A stretch of 64,000 bases of DNA from Narcine bancroftii (taxonomy: Eukaryota), in the NCBI RefSeq assembly GCF_036971445.1, contig NC_091476.1:75206001-75270000 (forward strand). The letters run 5' to 3'. Each line of letters starts with the position of its first letter. Positions within the stretch are counted from its first letter, which is position 1. Below the pieces are notes generated by a model, which saw nothing but the letters and a program-made list of their open reading frames with translations, was not told the DNA's origin and did no database searches. A program made the translations under genes and the position numbers. Positions 49,301-61,169 of this stretch are shown here, piece by piece.

Positions 49301-52300
49301 GTGGGGGGTGGGGGGTTAATAAAGCAGAGTTGAGTGGTGCAACAAGATTATGGAAGGGGTGCAGTGGATTCGTGGGGCGGGTGGGTGACCTTGTTTGATC
49401 CGGGGAGAACATGAAGCTTGGATCATGGAGGGTCAGGGTTTGAGATGATAGGTGTGGCTGTGAGGGTGCAGATGGACGGCGTCCGGGTGGGCTCAGTGGA
49501 GGGTTGGTCGGGGCTCGGAGTTGCATGTCCTCACGAGCTGGGGGGAGGTGGGGGAGGGAGTGAAGCTGCTCAGAGCGGGGGGCGAATTTCTGCCCAGAGC
49601 TCCCCATGCTGCCTCCGGCTGTCGGGAACCCACTGGCGGAGTGACGACTGGTGGGAGGGAGGCCAGACCTCAGAAGCTGGTGCCCTGCTCCCCGGGAGTG
49701 TGCTGTAACAAGGGAAAGAGTTGGATGTTAGTGGGAGGCGTTGGTAAAGAGGTTCGAGAGGGAGGCGGTGGGCTCCCAGTGCAACTGGGCTTTGTGTGAC
49801 TTGAAGCATCTTGTACTCCCCACCCCTTCACATCTGTTTGACCCAGTGGTGGAAGAATCTTTTTTCCTTCTGCAAATTGCATTGTGGTAACTATCTGGGA
49901 TGGGGGGTGGGGGGGTGTGCTGAACTGTTCAGCCTCCTGTTCAGTGCAACCTTAGCTGAACTGCATCTTAACTCCATACGCCTGCGTTTTCACACTCCTT
50001 TTACCCTGTCAGCCCATCCCGCAATCTCCAGCAGAGCCTGCAGCCCCCTTTGTGATGGGCAGACACCCTCTGTGTTTCAGAGCTGCCTCCTCCCTTTCGC
50101 TTCGTTGCCGAGGGATGCGTTCCTGCCTGTCAGCGCGGCCAGGTTTATCCTATTCCCCCACCCCCCCTGCCACCCCCCCCCCCAGCTGCTCTGAGCAGCT
50201 CGCTGAGATCAAATCTCCGGACCTCAGGAAACCACAATGCAGGATTGTTTTTTGAAGTCTGCCGTGAGAAATTAACTGCCTCGACTCTGGAATCAATCTG
50301 CTTAATTTCCCCCCCCCCCCCCATCTGCCCCATTCTTACCCCCCCCCTCTATCTTTGCCTTCCCTGCAGCATGGTAGGATCAGGAACCAATTCTTTTCCA
50401 CCCCCTCATCCCCTCCCTGTCTCGTGCCTTAAGCTACAGGCGACGCCTCCACCCCTTCACCAGCTGAGACGCAGTTAATCCTCCGCTTTCCACCCTGCCC
50501 AGTCCCTCTCACCTTGTTCAGGCAGGGGGAGGAGGTGGTATGACAGTAATTTGATGGGGGGAGGGGTGCGTTCCTCGCTCTGCTGAGTTGGTGTTGAAGC
50601 AGCGAGTGCGCCCTGCCCTGATGGTTAGGGTTCCCGAGGTTGGTCAGTGTGTGACGACTGGGGGCTGTGTGTCCGTCCGTCCGTCCGTCTGTGTGTGTGT
50701 CCATGTCATGTGGGGGTGTGTGTGTGACAGTAAGAGTGGGTCAGTCACTGGTTGAAAACGAGTTAAGTTTGCTCATTCTAGATGCTGTTGAGATTGACAT
50801 TGCTGAATCAGAATTTATTGTCATGAACAAGTCACGAAATTCATTACCACTGAATGTTACAGCACAGAAAGCAGGCCCTTTGGCCCTTCTAGTCTGCTGA
50901 ACTGTTATTCTGCCTGGTCCCACTGCCTTAAAATAAAGCCTCTTTACGAGGAAGTAAAGCACAGATGAGATTTGGTGCCAAGCTTCTGTTACATTCAGTC
51001 TGGGTTCCAACAGCAGTCCCCCTTGACCCTCCCCGATTCCCGTCTGCCCTTCCACCATCTTGCCACCGAAATGAAAGGGTGGGGCCAAGGTTGAAGGGAG
51101 GGAGTCACCCAATCCTAATAGCGTTAGTGCAGGTGAAAGACCAAGATCTGTGTGGAGTTTGTACGCTCTTCTCGTGTCTGCATGGGTTTTTCCCAAGGGA
51201 CTCACTCCTCTCAGTGTACTGGGGTTGTTGGTCAGTTGGGTGTAATTGGGCGACATGGGCTTGTGGGGTGAAAAGACCTATTACCGTGCTGTATGTCTAC
51301 ATTAAAGGGGCATTGTTTCCAATGTGGGCAAAGCCTGAAGCAGGCAGAATCAGTCCGTGAAATCTCTTCCCTCGAGAATCAGCAGAATGTGAAACTCTAC
51401 CTTGGGGAGGGTTATATTAGGGAAATTGTGTTGGGGAGAGGGAGAGAGTAGGAGTCGGAAAATGAAGGAGTGAGGGAGAGAAAGAGAGAGAGAGACGGGG
51501 AAGGAGGAGAGGATAGAGACAGAGAGATGGAGGGCCAGAGAGATGGGGAGGGAGAGAAGGAGGAGGCAGAGAGGGGGAGAGAAGCAGGGCAAGGGGGAGG
51601 TGGAGAGCCAGAGAGGCAGGGCTAGGGGGAGAGGTAGGGAGAGAGAGATAGGGAGAGAGAAAGAGAGGAGACTGATGGGAGCTAGGGGAGCGGAGGTGGA
51701 AGGAGAGAGAAGGTAGAAAGCAATGGGTATGGGGAGGGGGAGAAGCAGAAAGGAGGGAGGAGAGAAACAGACAGGAGAGAGGGCAAATGACAATGGGAAG
51801 GGGAGGGAAGGGAGGAGGGGGAAGAGAGAAAAAGAGGAGGGGAAGGGAAGAGGAGAGAGAGTGCGAGAGAGGTTGTCTGCGGGGAGCTGGGTTTGATTCT
51901 GATCTCTGGTACTGTCTGTGGCGTTTGCACATTCTCCCCCTGACCGAGCAATTTTTTTTTCCCCCACCCCCACCCCCAGTTCTCTGGATTCCTCCCATAT
52001 CCTGACTGCTGTAAGTTTGAAACTGAAAAGCACACAGCAGTTGGGAGCTTCTGCCTGGCTGCCTCCTCGTCGTGGGAGGGCCAGGAGCTGGATCTCCTGG
52101 TGTCTCAGTTTCAGCTTCTGCCTGGCTGCCCCAGCTTGTGGGGACGCTGCGCATGTCAATCTCCCAGTCTTGGCTTGACCTGCTCTCAGGATGGGTGTTA
52201 CCGTGGCTCGTATCTGTGGCTGCAGTGTGATGCAAATTATTACTCTGGACGGGAGTAAGCTGCATTTGTTTATCCCTGTTTCCATCCTTTTTGCAAATGG

Positions 52301-52319
52301 GGAGTGATGTGGCCTCACT

Positions 52320-53125
52320 TTACAGATAGGCTATTATTTCAGTATTGGGCACCTAGGGGGTTGGTAGATGCCAGATATTTTCTGGTTGCCTGAGACTCTC
52401 TTCCAATGCTTTCACTAAGAATAAACAATTTAAAAGACAAAAATACTGTCCTTACACTGAACAAACTTCATGAATGAATATATAAACCTTAAAGCATTTT
52501 ATTTTCAGTCACGTTCTTTGAAAACATTTAACCGTCGCTGCATTTGCAGGTTCCTCCCCCTCCACGGAGCTGCCCGAAAGACCAACAATAGATAATTATA
52601 CCACCCCCAGTTTACAGATGAAGCCTCTGACCGTGGGTGACTGAGCAGGGATAAGGAGACAACTTAAGAGGGTCGCCCCAACAGCGAGTGGCATCGACCC
52701 GCACTTCACCCTGGCCAAGGCTGTTTCATACGACTTTATCCAAACAGCTGCTACGAGCAAAGCCCAACCAAGGCTTCCGCTGGCTGGATACCCTATATAT
52801 CCGTGTAATCATTAATACTGTGTAACAGTCGAACCACCCCCTCTCTTTATTTGGCCTAAAAATTGTATTTCTTTGTATGACCCATGTAAAAGACGACCCT
52901 GCCTGCCTATCCGTGCTCCCAACAATGAACCCTTGACCCGGCCGCTTGCCCATCTGAGCTTCTGATGCCCAAACCTGGACTTGCCACTTGCAAGGGAGGG
53001 GTGCCAAGGGCACCGAAGGCATTCTGATTGTGTCTGAGCTATGCACCTGGAGCTCAGGCTTGGACTGGATGCTGTTTGGCTGCAGAGGCTGCGGGAGTAC
53101 TGGAGGTGAAACCACGGATATACGA
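52320..53125. mobile_element. Tigger-like relic joined to a Tc2-like element
   Basis: Homologous to 28248-28760, then CCCTATATATCCGTGTAA TIR at ~52790. Confidence 0.6.
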
Positions 53126-53344
53126 TGTCTTGGTGGGGGGGAACTCCCTTGTTTCTCTTTTTCTGACTGTAAGGGGTGCTGGGCATTTTCTGCTGTTGGG
53201 GAAATCTTTGTCTGCCTTACGGTTGAATTAAGTAAATTTCACGTAATATCACATTTTCTTACGTGACAATAAAATAATTTTAAATCTTGAAGGAGTGGGA
53301 CTGGGGAAGGTTTTCCAACTTTTTACTTGACTAGAAACTGAAAA

Positions 53345-53860
53345 ATAGGTGCAGGAGGAGGCCATTTTGGCCCTTCAAGCCTACTCCGCCATTCAAAAGG
53401 ATCATGGCTCTGATCAGTCCCTGCTTCCTGCCTTCTCCCCAGACCCCCTAATTCTCTTAGCCACAAGGGCCAAATCTAACCTACTAAATATTGACAAGGA
53501 ACCAACCTCAACTATGTCCTGTGGCAAAGAATTCCACAGATCCACCACCCTCTGAGAGAAGAAATTTTTCCTCATCTCAGTCCTAAAAAACTTCCCCCTT
53601 ATCCTTAAACTGTGACCCCTGGTTCTGGTTTTTCCCAGCATTGGAAACAACCTTCCTGCAACAAGTCCGTCTAAACCTTTGAGAATTTTAAATGTTTCCA
53701 TAAGATCCCCCCCTCAGTCTTCTAAATTTCAGAGAATACAAGCCTAGTCTATCCACCCCCTCCATGGCAAGGAGGTCCTTCCTCAGATATGGAGACCAAA
53801 ACTGCACACAGTACTCCTGATGTGGTCTCACCAAGGCCCGGTACAGCTGGAGCAGGATCT
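53345..53860 (-). mobile_element. CR1 3' fragment
   Basis: TRTRGHSLRIRG..FFSQRVVDLWNSLP. Confidence 0.85.
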
Positions 53861-54281
53861 CTTAAAGGAGTCTGCAGATGCTGGGGCCAACTGCAGTGCA
53901 TGGGCGTGCTGGAGAAACTCAGCAGGTCACACGGCATCCATGCAAGGGCCCAGGCCCAAAATGTTGGTGACCTTTCACTTCCTACGCATCCTGAATTTCT
54001 CTAGCACCTTTGTGTATTTGAAAAGTCAGTGCGGCCGAGGAGTTTAAGAAAAGCCTCCGCTCTGGTTCCACGTAATGAGGCTTGAAGGACTGTACAATCT
54101 GGGGACGTGCTGATTACTCGAGGATCATTTCGTTTCCCAGGGATGCGGTGCCTGGTTGAAGTAGGGTTGGGAAGATTAAAGCATTCCCGTTGAGCTGCAG
54201 ATAATGTTCAGCACTTCCTCTTCAGAGGATCTTTTTCCCTCAGTTTAGGCAAGTTAAAAACGAGAGGACATTGGTTTAGGG

Positions 54282-55910
54282 CAGTGGTTCTCACCTTATT
54301 CAGTCTAAGGCCCACCTGGCTTTCGGCCCTAGGTGCTGTGGCAGTGATAACAATATTTTCAAGCCAAAGGCAACTGTAACAAATACATTTTTAGTTCATT
54401 TGAAGTATTTTATTTAACATTTTTAAAGAACAAAAAAACACTGCTAGCCAACACTGAACATTAAAAACTCCCATTCAAAATCAAGGCTCAAGCCACTGTA
54501 ATGAGACCCACCCTGACCTCAGGGTGTTGGGAAGTCATCAGCCCCATTCATACTGGCAATTAACCGCCAATCTACCGGTTAACGTGCCAAATGTGGATGC
54601 TCGTGAACCGGCACACAGGCGTCAGATTGCCCCATGGATGAACCGTCTGGGGAGGGTGTGTCATTGCCGATTCAGTTTTTGGATCGGCATACAGGCTAGC
54701 CCAGTGTGAAAGGGACAAGGGGTGTGCAGGACGTCACCGCTGGAGGATAGGGGCCCCTTTGCTCTGGGATGCTGGGATAGAGGCCAGTGGTGGGCGGTGT
54801 TGGGTCCCTTGTTGTTCGTCATTCACATTAATGATTTAGATGATGGAGTGGTAAATTGGGTGAGTAAATATGCGGACGATACGAAAATAGGGAGTTGTGG
54901 ATAGTGAGGATGGTTTTCGGAGCCTGCAGAAGGATTTGGACTGTTTGGAATGGTGAGCTGAAAGGTGGCAGATGGAGTTTAATGCAGATAAGTGTGAGGG
55001 GCTTCATTTTGGGAGGAATAACCAAAAGAGGATGTGAAGGGGGGGCATTGAGGAACAGAGAGATCTTGGTTCATCGTTCTTTGAAGGTGGATTCTCATGT
55101 AGATAGGTTGACGAAGAAAGCTTTTGGTGTGCTGGCCTTCATAAATCATAGCATAGAATATAGGATGTGGGAGGTGATGTGGAGACTGTTCAAGGCATTG
55201 GTGAGGCCAAGTTTGGAGCATTGTGTGCAGTTCTGGTCCCCAAATTAGAAATTAGAGGAAGGATATCAATAAGGTAGAGAGGATGCAGGGAAGATTTATT
55301 AAAATGTTGCCTAGATTGCAGTATCTAGAATACTGAGAAAGATTGAGTAGACTGGGACTTTATTCATTGGAGTGTAGAAGATTGAGGGGGTGGGGATTTC
55401 ATAGAGGTATATAAAATTATGAGGGGAATAGAGTAGATGTGAATAGGCTCTTCCCCCTGAGGGTAGGAGAGATTGGAACAAGGGTTCATAAGTTAAGGGT
55501 TAGGGGCAAAACTTTGAGAGGGGGCTCTTTTCTCAGAGAGGGGTGGCTGAGTGGAATGACCTTCCGGAAGAGGTGGTTGCAGCAGGGCCAATTCTGTCAT
55601 TTAAGAGGAGGTTAGATGAATACATGGATGTGAGGGGGTTGGAGGGTTATGGGCAGGGAGGAGGGAGGGAGCAGGTAGAGTTTCACTTAAATCAGTGTGG
55701 ACTAGAAGGGCCGAGATGGTCTGTTTCCCTACTGTAATTGTTTTTTATATATATGGTGAGTACAAACAGGTGCAGAGAACCTGTTAACATTGGTCTATTG
55801 TGAATGGCAAAAAAGCTATTTTGAACCGGTTCACTGACTAACTGGTAAATTGGCCATTCAGTGTGAAAAAGGCTTCTGTGGCCCACTTGGGCACACACTG
55901 TGGCCCACTG
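54282..55910. mobile_element. hAT-like element with nested CR1 (~54785-55745, +)
   Basis: Starts CAGTGGTTCTC, ends CCACTG; 8-bp near-TSD GTTTAGGG / GTTTAAGG; internal YADD, CVQFWSP. Confidence 0.55.
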
Positions 55911-56711
55911 GTTTAAGGTTAAATTTATTGTCATGTAATTTAAAAAGTGTCACGTTATGCAATATTGTCTCATCTGCCATAAGGCAGACAAAGATTTGCC
56001 ATTGGCAGAAATTGCCTGGTACCTCTTACAGAAAAAGAGAAACAAAATAGAGGACCTCCCCCCACCCCCCCAAGAGTCACCGTGGATTCGCCCCCAGCTC
56101 TCCTGCAGCCACATACAGTCCTGTCCAAACCATCAGCAACCTGACCTCTGAGGCGATCATCACTCTCGGCTCCATTCTTCCGTCTTGGTTCTGATACCTG
56201 GTACTCCCTCTGTCATTTTCGAGCCAGTCTGCAGCCTGCATGGGTTCCTTGCCTCATGTCACCAGCAGCTCTCCACCTGTGTGTTCTTAAGCCTTAGAGC
56301 CCCTCGCTGGCCCGCCGCCGTGGTTACCGCCCCGGGGGATGTCCCCTCTGCTTCTCCTCCTCAAACGGGGGGGGGGGTGGTCTCCCCATTTTCTGGTGCC
56401 ATGGAGTCTGCAACCCCTCGTGGCCGCTGCCAATCACAGGCACTGCTATCTTGGGCACAGACCCTGTTACGAAATTTTAAATAAAATTACGGTCAGCTCC
56501 TTTAACAGGCAGTTTAAAGCCTGTACAGAGCTGACAGTAGTCGGACCCCTGTGGGGTCCACTCCAGCGGTTCTGGCAGCGCTGCTATTTTTGACATTTAG
56601 AGGGAGAGGTTTAAAGGAGACCTGAGGGACACCTTTTTCCAGAGGCAGGTTGGTCTGTGGAATGAGCTGAATGGAAGGGGAGAATTACGCTGCTTGAAAG
56701 ACCTCGGACAG

Positions 56712-58000
56712 ATCAGAATCAGGACGTATGTACAGTCATAATCAAGTCATAAAATTGGGTGTTTTGGGGCAGTGTCATAATGCAAACATGCATATTATAA
56801 CCATCTTACTATTAATAATAAAAATAATAGGGGCACGAAAAGTGAGGCCGTGTCTGGGGGTCGTTGTCCATTCAGGAACCTGATGGCGGAGGGGAAGAAG
56901 CTGTCCTTGTGCCGCTGGGAGTTCGTCTTCAGGCTCCTGGACCTTCACTGATGGTAGCAGAGTAAAGAGGGCATGGCCTGGGGTGGGGGGGTAGGGTCTT
57001 TGAGGATAGAGGCTGCTTTTTAAAGACACCGCCTTGTGTAGATGTCCTCGATGGAGTGGAGTCTGGTGCCCTCTGTAGCTCCCTCACCCCCAGACCAACC
57101 CCCCCCAGCCCCACTCCCTGGAGGTCCCTCGCCACTTACCCAGGTCCGAGCACTGTACCACCTGTATATGGCACTGGCATCCAAATGGGCAGGTGGGGTA
57201 GTCGTAGCGCCTGTCTGAGGGCAGGAGGGTGGGCTCCAACTCCACCTCGTCGGCTGACCCCTCATCATTCTGCATGGCCGCCAGCGAGTCCGCAAAGTCC
57301 AGGAACTCGTGCTGAATGAAGTGGGTGGCGCCACAGCCAATCAGGAGGCAGGACAGGAGGAGGAGGTGGGCTGCCATGGCAGTCGAGCAAGGTGGGCAAG
57401 GGTCCTTCATGTCGCGGTCCAACCTGTGTTGGGTGAGATGGATGTCGTCAGGATCCAGGCGGGGATCGGCAGGAGGGTGAGCCCAGGGTTGTGAAGGGGA
57501 TAAGTTCGACGCGAGATTCTGCAGACACCGGGGTTGAAGTAAAAACACATGATATTGGAGAAACTCAGCAAGTCAGATAGTTCCTTTATACAGCAAAGAT
57601 GCAGAACCAAAAAAAAAAGAACCAGTCAATGATGCAACCAGCCAGAATGCTCTCCATAGTACCACCTGTAGAAGTTTTCAAGCGTCTTCGGTGATGTACC
57701 GAATCTCCTCAGACGTTTCATTGGCGAGCCTTCTTTGTGACTGCCTCATCGTGGAGGCTCCAGGACAGATCCTCGGTGATGTTGTCACCCACGAATTTGA
57801 GGTTCTTGACCCTCTCCACTGCTGAGCCCCTCGATGAGGACTGGATCGTGTTCCCCTGACTCCCTCCTGAAGCCCACATCATCTCCTTGGTTTTGCTGAC
57901 ATTGAGCACAAGGTTGTTGTCATGGCACCACCCACCGAGCTGATCTGTCTCCTTCCTGCAAGCTTCCTCATTGCCGTTTGTAAAACTGTTGACAACTGTG
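56712..58000 (-). mobile_element. Rex1/Babar-like LINE split into 56712-57070 and 57620-58000
   Basis: Both parts are colinear with the copy at 34860-35560. Confidence 0.8.
57140..57377 (-). CDS. Orphan first coding exon of a class I SLRP (biglycan/decorin-like)
   Basis: MAAHLLLLSCLLIGCGATHFIQHEFLDF..MQNDEG..CPFGCQCHIQVVQCSDL(G): signal peptide, propeptide, CX3CXCX6C; phase-1 G|gtaagt donor; acceptor acacag just upstream of 57423. No further exons seen. Confidence 0.88.
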
Positions 58001-58379
58001 GCTAGGAAAGGGGTCAAACACCTTGGTCTTTATGAAGGAATGGGCAGAAGAGCCTGCTTCCGTGCTCTAGAACTAAGGTGCTGAGCAGCCACCATTTGTA
58101 TTGAACAATGGGGCAGCCTTGAGGGATGAGCCAGCTTCCACTCTCCCGACCCCATCGGGAAATCGGGGCTGTTCATCTGTGCTCTCCCCGTGGAACACAG
58201 GATTGGATGCTCCTGGTTCGCTAATCCAGTACACCGGGGAGTGGGAGGCATGATTCGCAGTGAAATGTGGATGGATTTGGAGCAGGAGGAAGGGAGCGCA
58301 GGGTGGCAACAGAATGGGAAAGGTTCCAGGGGTGTGGGCCCAGCAGAGAAGCCAGCAAGAGCGGCACTCCTATTGTAGT

Positions 58380-58700
58380 AAAGGCTGGAGAAGCTCAGCT
58401 GGTCTCACAGTGCCAGAGGAGGAAAAGATGCCTAACCAATGTTTCTGGCCTGAGCTGTTCATCATGAGCAAAGCAGCAGGCAGGTGCCCGAATTATAAGA
58501 TGGGGGGGAGCACAGGCCAACAGATGAGAGTCCGTGGGTGGACAGGGATAGGACAGGAGAGGAAAGGTGCGAACTAAGCGAGGGAGGGGGTAGTAGTTTG
58601 AATGCAGAGCTGGAGGGAAGGAGACATGGGGAGAGAGAGAGAGAGAGAGAAAGATGAGTGGTGAGGAGCTGGAGGGAAGGGAGAGAGAGACGGGGTTGGG
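58380..58700 (-). mobile_element. Penelope-like terminal fragment
   Basis: Same family as 12725-13130. Confidence 0.6.
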
Positions 58701-58918
58701 GAGTGCCCTCCAATTTGCTGGTGTGGCAGATCACGAGGCCATGGACCAACGGGTTGGCAAGGGAATGGGATTGGGGGGGTGGGGTTGAAGTGGGTGCGCA
58801 CTGGCTCTGTTTGACGAGCTGGCTGCAGGAGGGGATGGGCTGAAGGGGCCATCTTGGTGCCTCAGAACCCGGTGACCGACTGTCTCCCATCTTGTTCCCC
58901 CTCCCCCCACTTGCAGTG

Positions 58919-59108
58919 ATGCCGGTGATGATGGAGAAGTCGGGCACGGCAGGAATTCTGTCCCGAGGAGTCAGGATGAAGGGGATGAACAACGGGAGCC
59001 AACAAGTACGAGACTCTGAGGAGGAGAGCAGTGACGAGGAGCGGCCGCATACCACCATGTCGGTCGTTTCCATCGAGTGGAAGAAGCGGGAGCAGCATGG
59101 CCTGCACG
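58919..59108 (+). CDS. RCOR2: REST corepressor 2, first coding exon
   Basis: MPVMMEKSGTAGILSRG..NGSQ..EEESSDEERPH resembles human MPSVMEKPSAGSGILSRS..DDSSEEEHSH; acceptor ttgcag at 58916, donor CACG|gtgggc; synteny with NAA40. Confidence 0.87.
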
Positions 59109-59941
59109 GTGGGCACTTCCATCTTAGTCAGTCCCGCTTTTACATCCTCGGGTATGGTGGGTGTAGTGCCCAGCGATGCTCCTGCCCCCTTCCCCACCCC
59201 CCCAGTGCCCTCTCAATTTGGCCTCTCGGTGCCCCCGGATCCTGCCCACTTTGGTACCCACTGCCCTGGTTCTGCCCCCGTTGGAATCCCCTTGCCTCTG
59301 GATCTGCCCCTGTTGGAATCCCCTGCCTCGAGGTCCACCCTGTCAGTGCCCCCGCCCCTGGATCTGCCCCCCTCAATGCCCACTGCCCCTAGATCTGCTC
59401 CCGGTGCCATATGGATCCTGCCCCCCTCGGGGCCCCTGGCCCTGTCCCTCTTGGGGCACCTGGATCCTCCCCTCCCTCCCCCCACGCAGGTGCCGCTGAA
59501 CTGCCCCATGGGGTCACTGACCCTGGATCCTACCCCACCCCCCCCCTCCCCATCTTGAGCCCCCATTCCCCCACTTGGGCTCCCATGGTACCTCTAGACC
59601 CTTCCCCTGGACCCCCTACCCCAACCCCCCACTTGCGGCCGCCCCTCCCCTGTGATCCTACCCCTCCCAGCCCTAAATCCTGCCCCTCCTAGCCCCATTT
59701 CCCTTTTATTCTAGCCCTATCTACCCTCCTTATATTTATCTTTCCCCTCCTCCGCTCTCTCGCCCCGTCCCCCTCAACCAATTTACCCATTCCCCCTCCT
59801 CCTCCCCGCCATTCCTACCTGCCGCTCTTCCCTTCCTTGCCATCTTCCCACCCCCCGCCACTCTTCTCTACCCCCCCCCCCCCCCATTTTTCTATGAGCT
59901 GTATTCCAGTAAATTTGTGTCTTGTTCTCTGTTCTGTCCAG

Positions 59942-59998
59942 ACAGCATGATCCGCGTTGGATCCGATTACCAGGCAGTGGTCCCAGAGTGTCACCCAG
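59942..59998 (+). CDS. RCOR2: RCOR2 next coding exon (start of ELM2 domain); gene continues beyond the window
   Basis: ctgtccag / CAG|gtagga; DSMIRVGSDYQAVVPECHP, 57 bp. Confidence 0.93.
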
Positions 59999-60639
59999 GT
60001 AGGAATTCTGTGGGTAAGAAGAGAAGAACCTCAGAGGGTTGAAATGTGAGGGAAGGAGTAACATTGAAACGCTGCCTGCCCTCTGGGTGGGGTGTGGGTG
60101 GGGGCTGTAGGAGAGAGGAAACCTCACGTTTCAGTGGAGAAGCCCGTTGACAGAGGCAATGATCTCAAGGTGACCTTGGGGAGACCAACGGATGCTGGAA
60201 AATCTCAGCAGGTCGGGAAACATCTGTTGGGAGAGAAGCAGTCAGTGCTTTTGCTCTGATTTTTCGACAGCACTGCGCAAGGGAAAGTCGCTGGTAGCAA
60301 AGAAGGTCGGGAAGGGATGTGCAGATCAAAGGGAGGTTTCTGTGATAAAGGCTTAATGGGGCATTTCGTATCCCTGGGCCTATGTCATGACTTCAGGTGA
60401 GGCTGGATTAAAAAAAAACAAGGAAATGGAAAATGCTGGACACTCTCCGCAGGCTGGGCAGCATCTGTGGATAGAGAATTATGTTTTGGAGGAGGCAGCA
60501 CGCACTGGTGAGGGAGTTCTCCTCACATACCGAACGGGCTTGGAGGTGAACCTCAGTGGGCATTTTATTTTCGTCGGTCACAGGTTGCCAGGTCACGTTG
60601 AACAATAGGTGCGTTCAATTGGCCAATCGGCCTCTCGTC

Positions 60640-60852
60640 GTCAGGGGTGGTGCAGTTAGTGTGACGCTGTTGCGGCGCCAACAACCAGAGTTCAAATCGC
60701 GCCGTCCAAAAGGAGTGTGTGTGTTCTCCACGTGTCTGCAGGGGTCTCCGGTTTCCTCCTGCCATTCAAAACATACAGGGGGTTGGAGGTTAATTGGGCG
60801 GCGTGGGCTCATGGGCCAGAAGGGCCTGTTACCGTACTGTATGTCTAAATTC
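60640..60852 (+). mobile_element. V-SINE (HE1-like)
   Basis: Same SINE family as above. Confidence 0.7.
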
Positions 60853-61169
60853 AATATTGGTAGGAACGAATGGCGACCATCACCTCGTGTCCCACAGGGA
60901 CTGTTGTTTTAGTGTGCCCCAGAATTCCTGGACTGATGTTGACTCCCCGCGGGTTCACTCGAACACAGCCATTCTCAACCTTTTGTTTTGAACTGGCCCC
61001 TTTAGGGCTCTCCTCAAAGTTTATGGGCCTCCTTCCCTGTGAACCAGTCACGTTCAGCTAGTTTTTTTCCAGACTCCTCTCCTACCAACTACATGAAAAA
61101 CATTTTATGATTTCAGGCCGTGCCTCCCCCCCCCCCCCCCCCCCAACCACCCTGCCTGTGGCACATTAA

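Noticed and set aside
47772-57139. Downstream LRR exons of the SLRP (LDLQNN-type)
   Set aside because: Scanned the minus strand by eye and found none; QNN-like hits near 36400 and 50900 lack the LRR pattern
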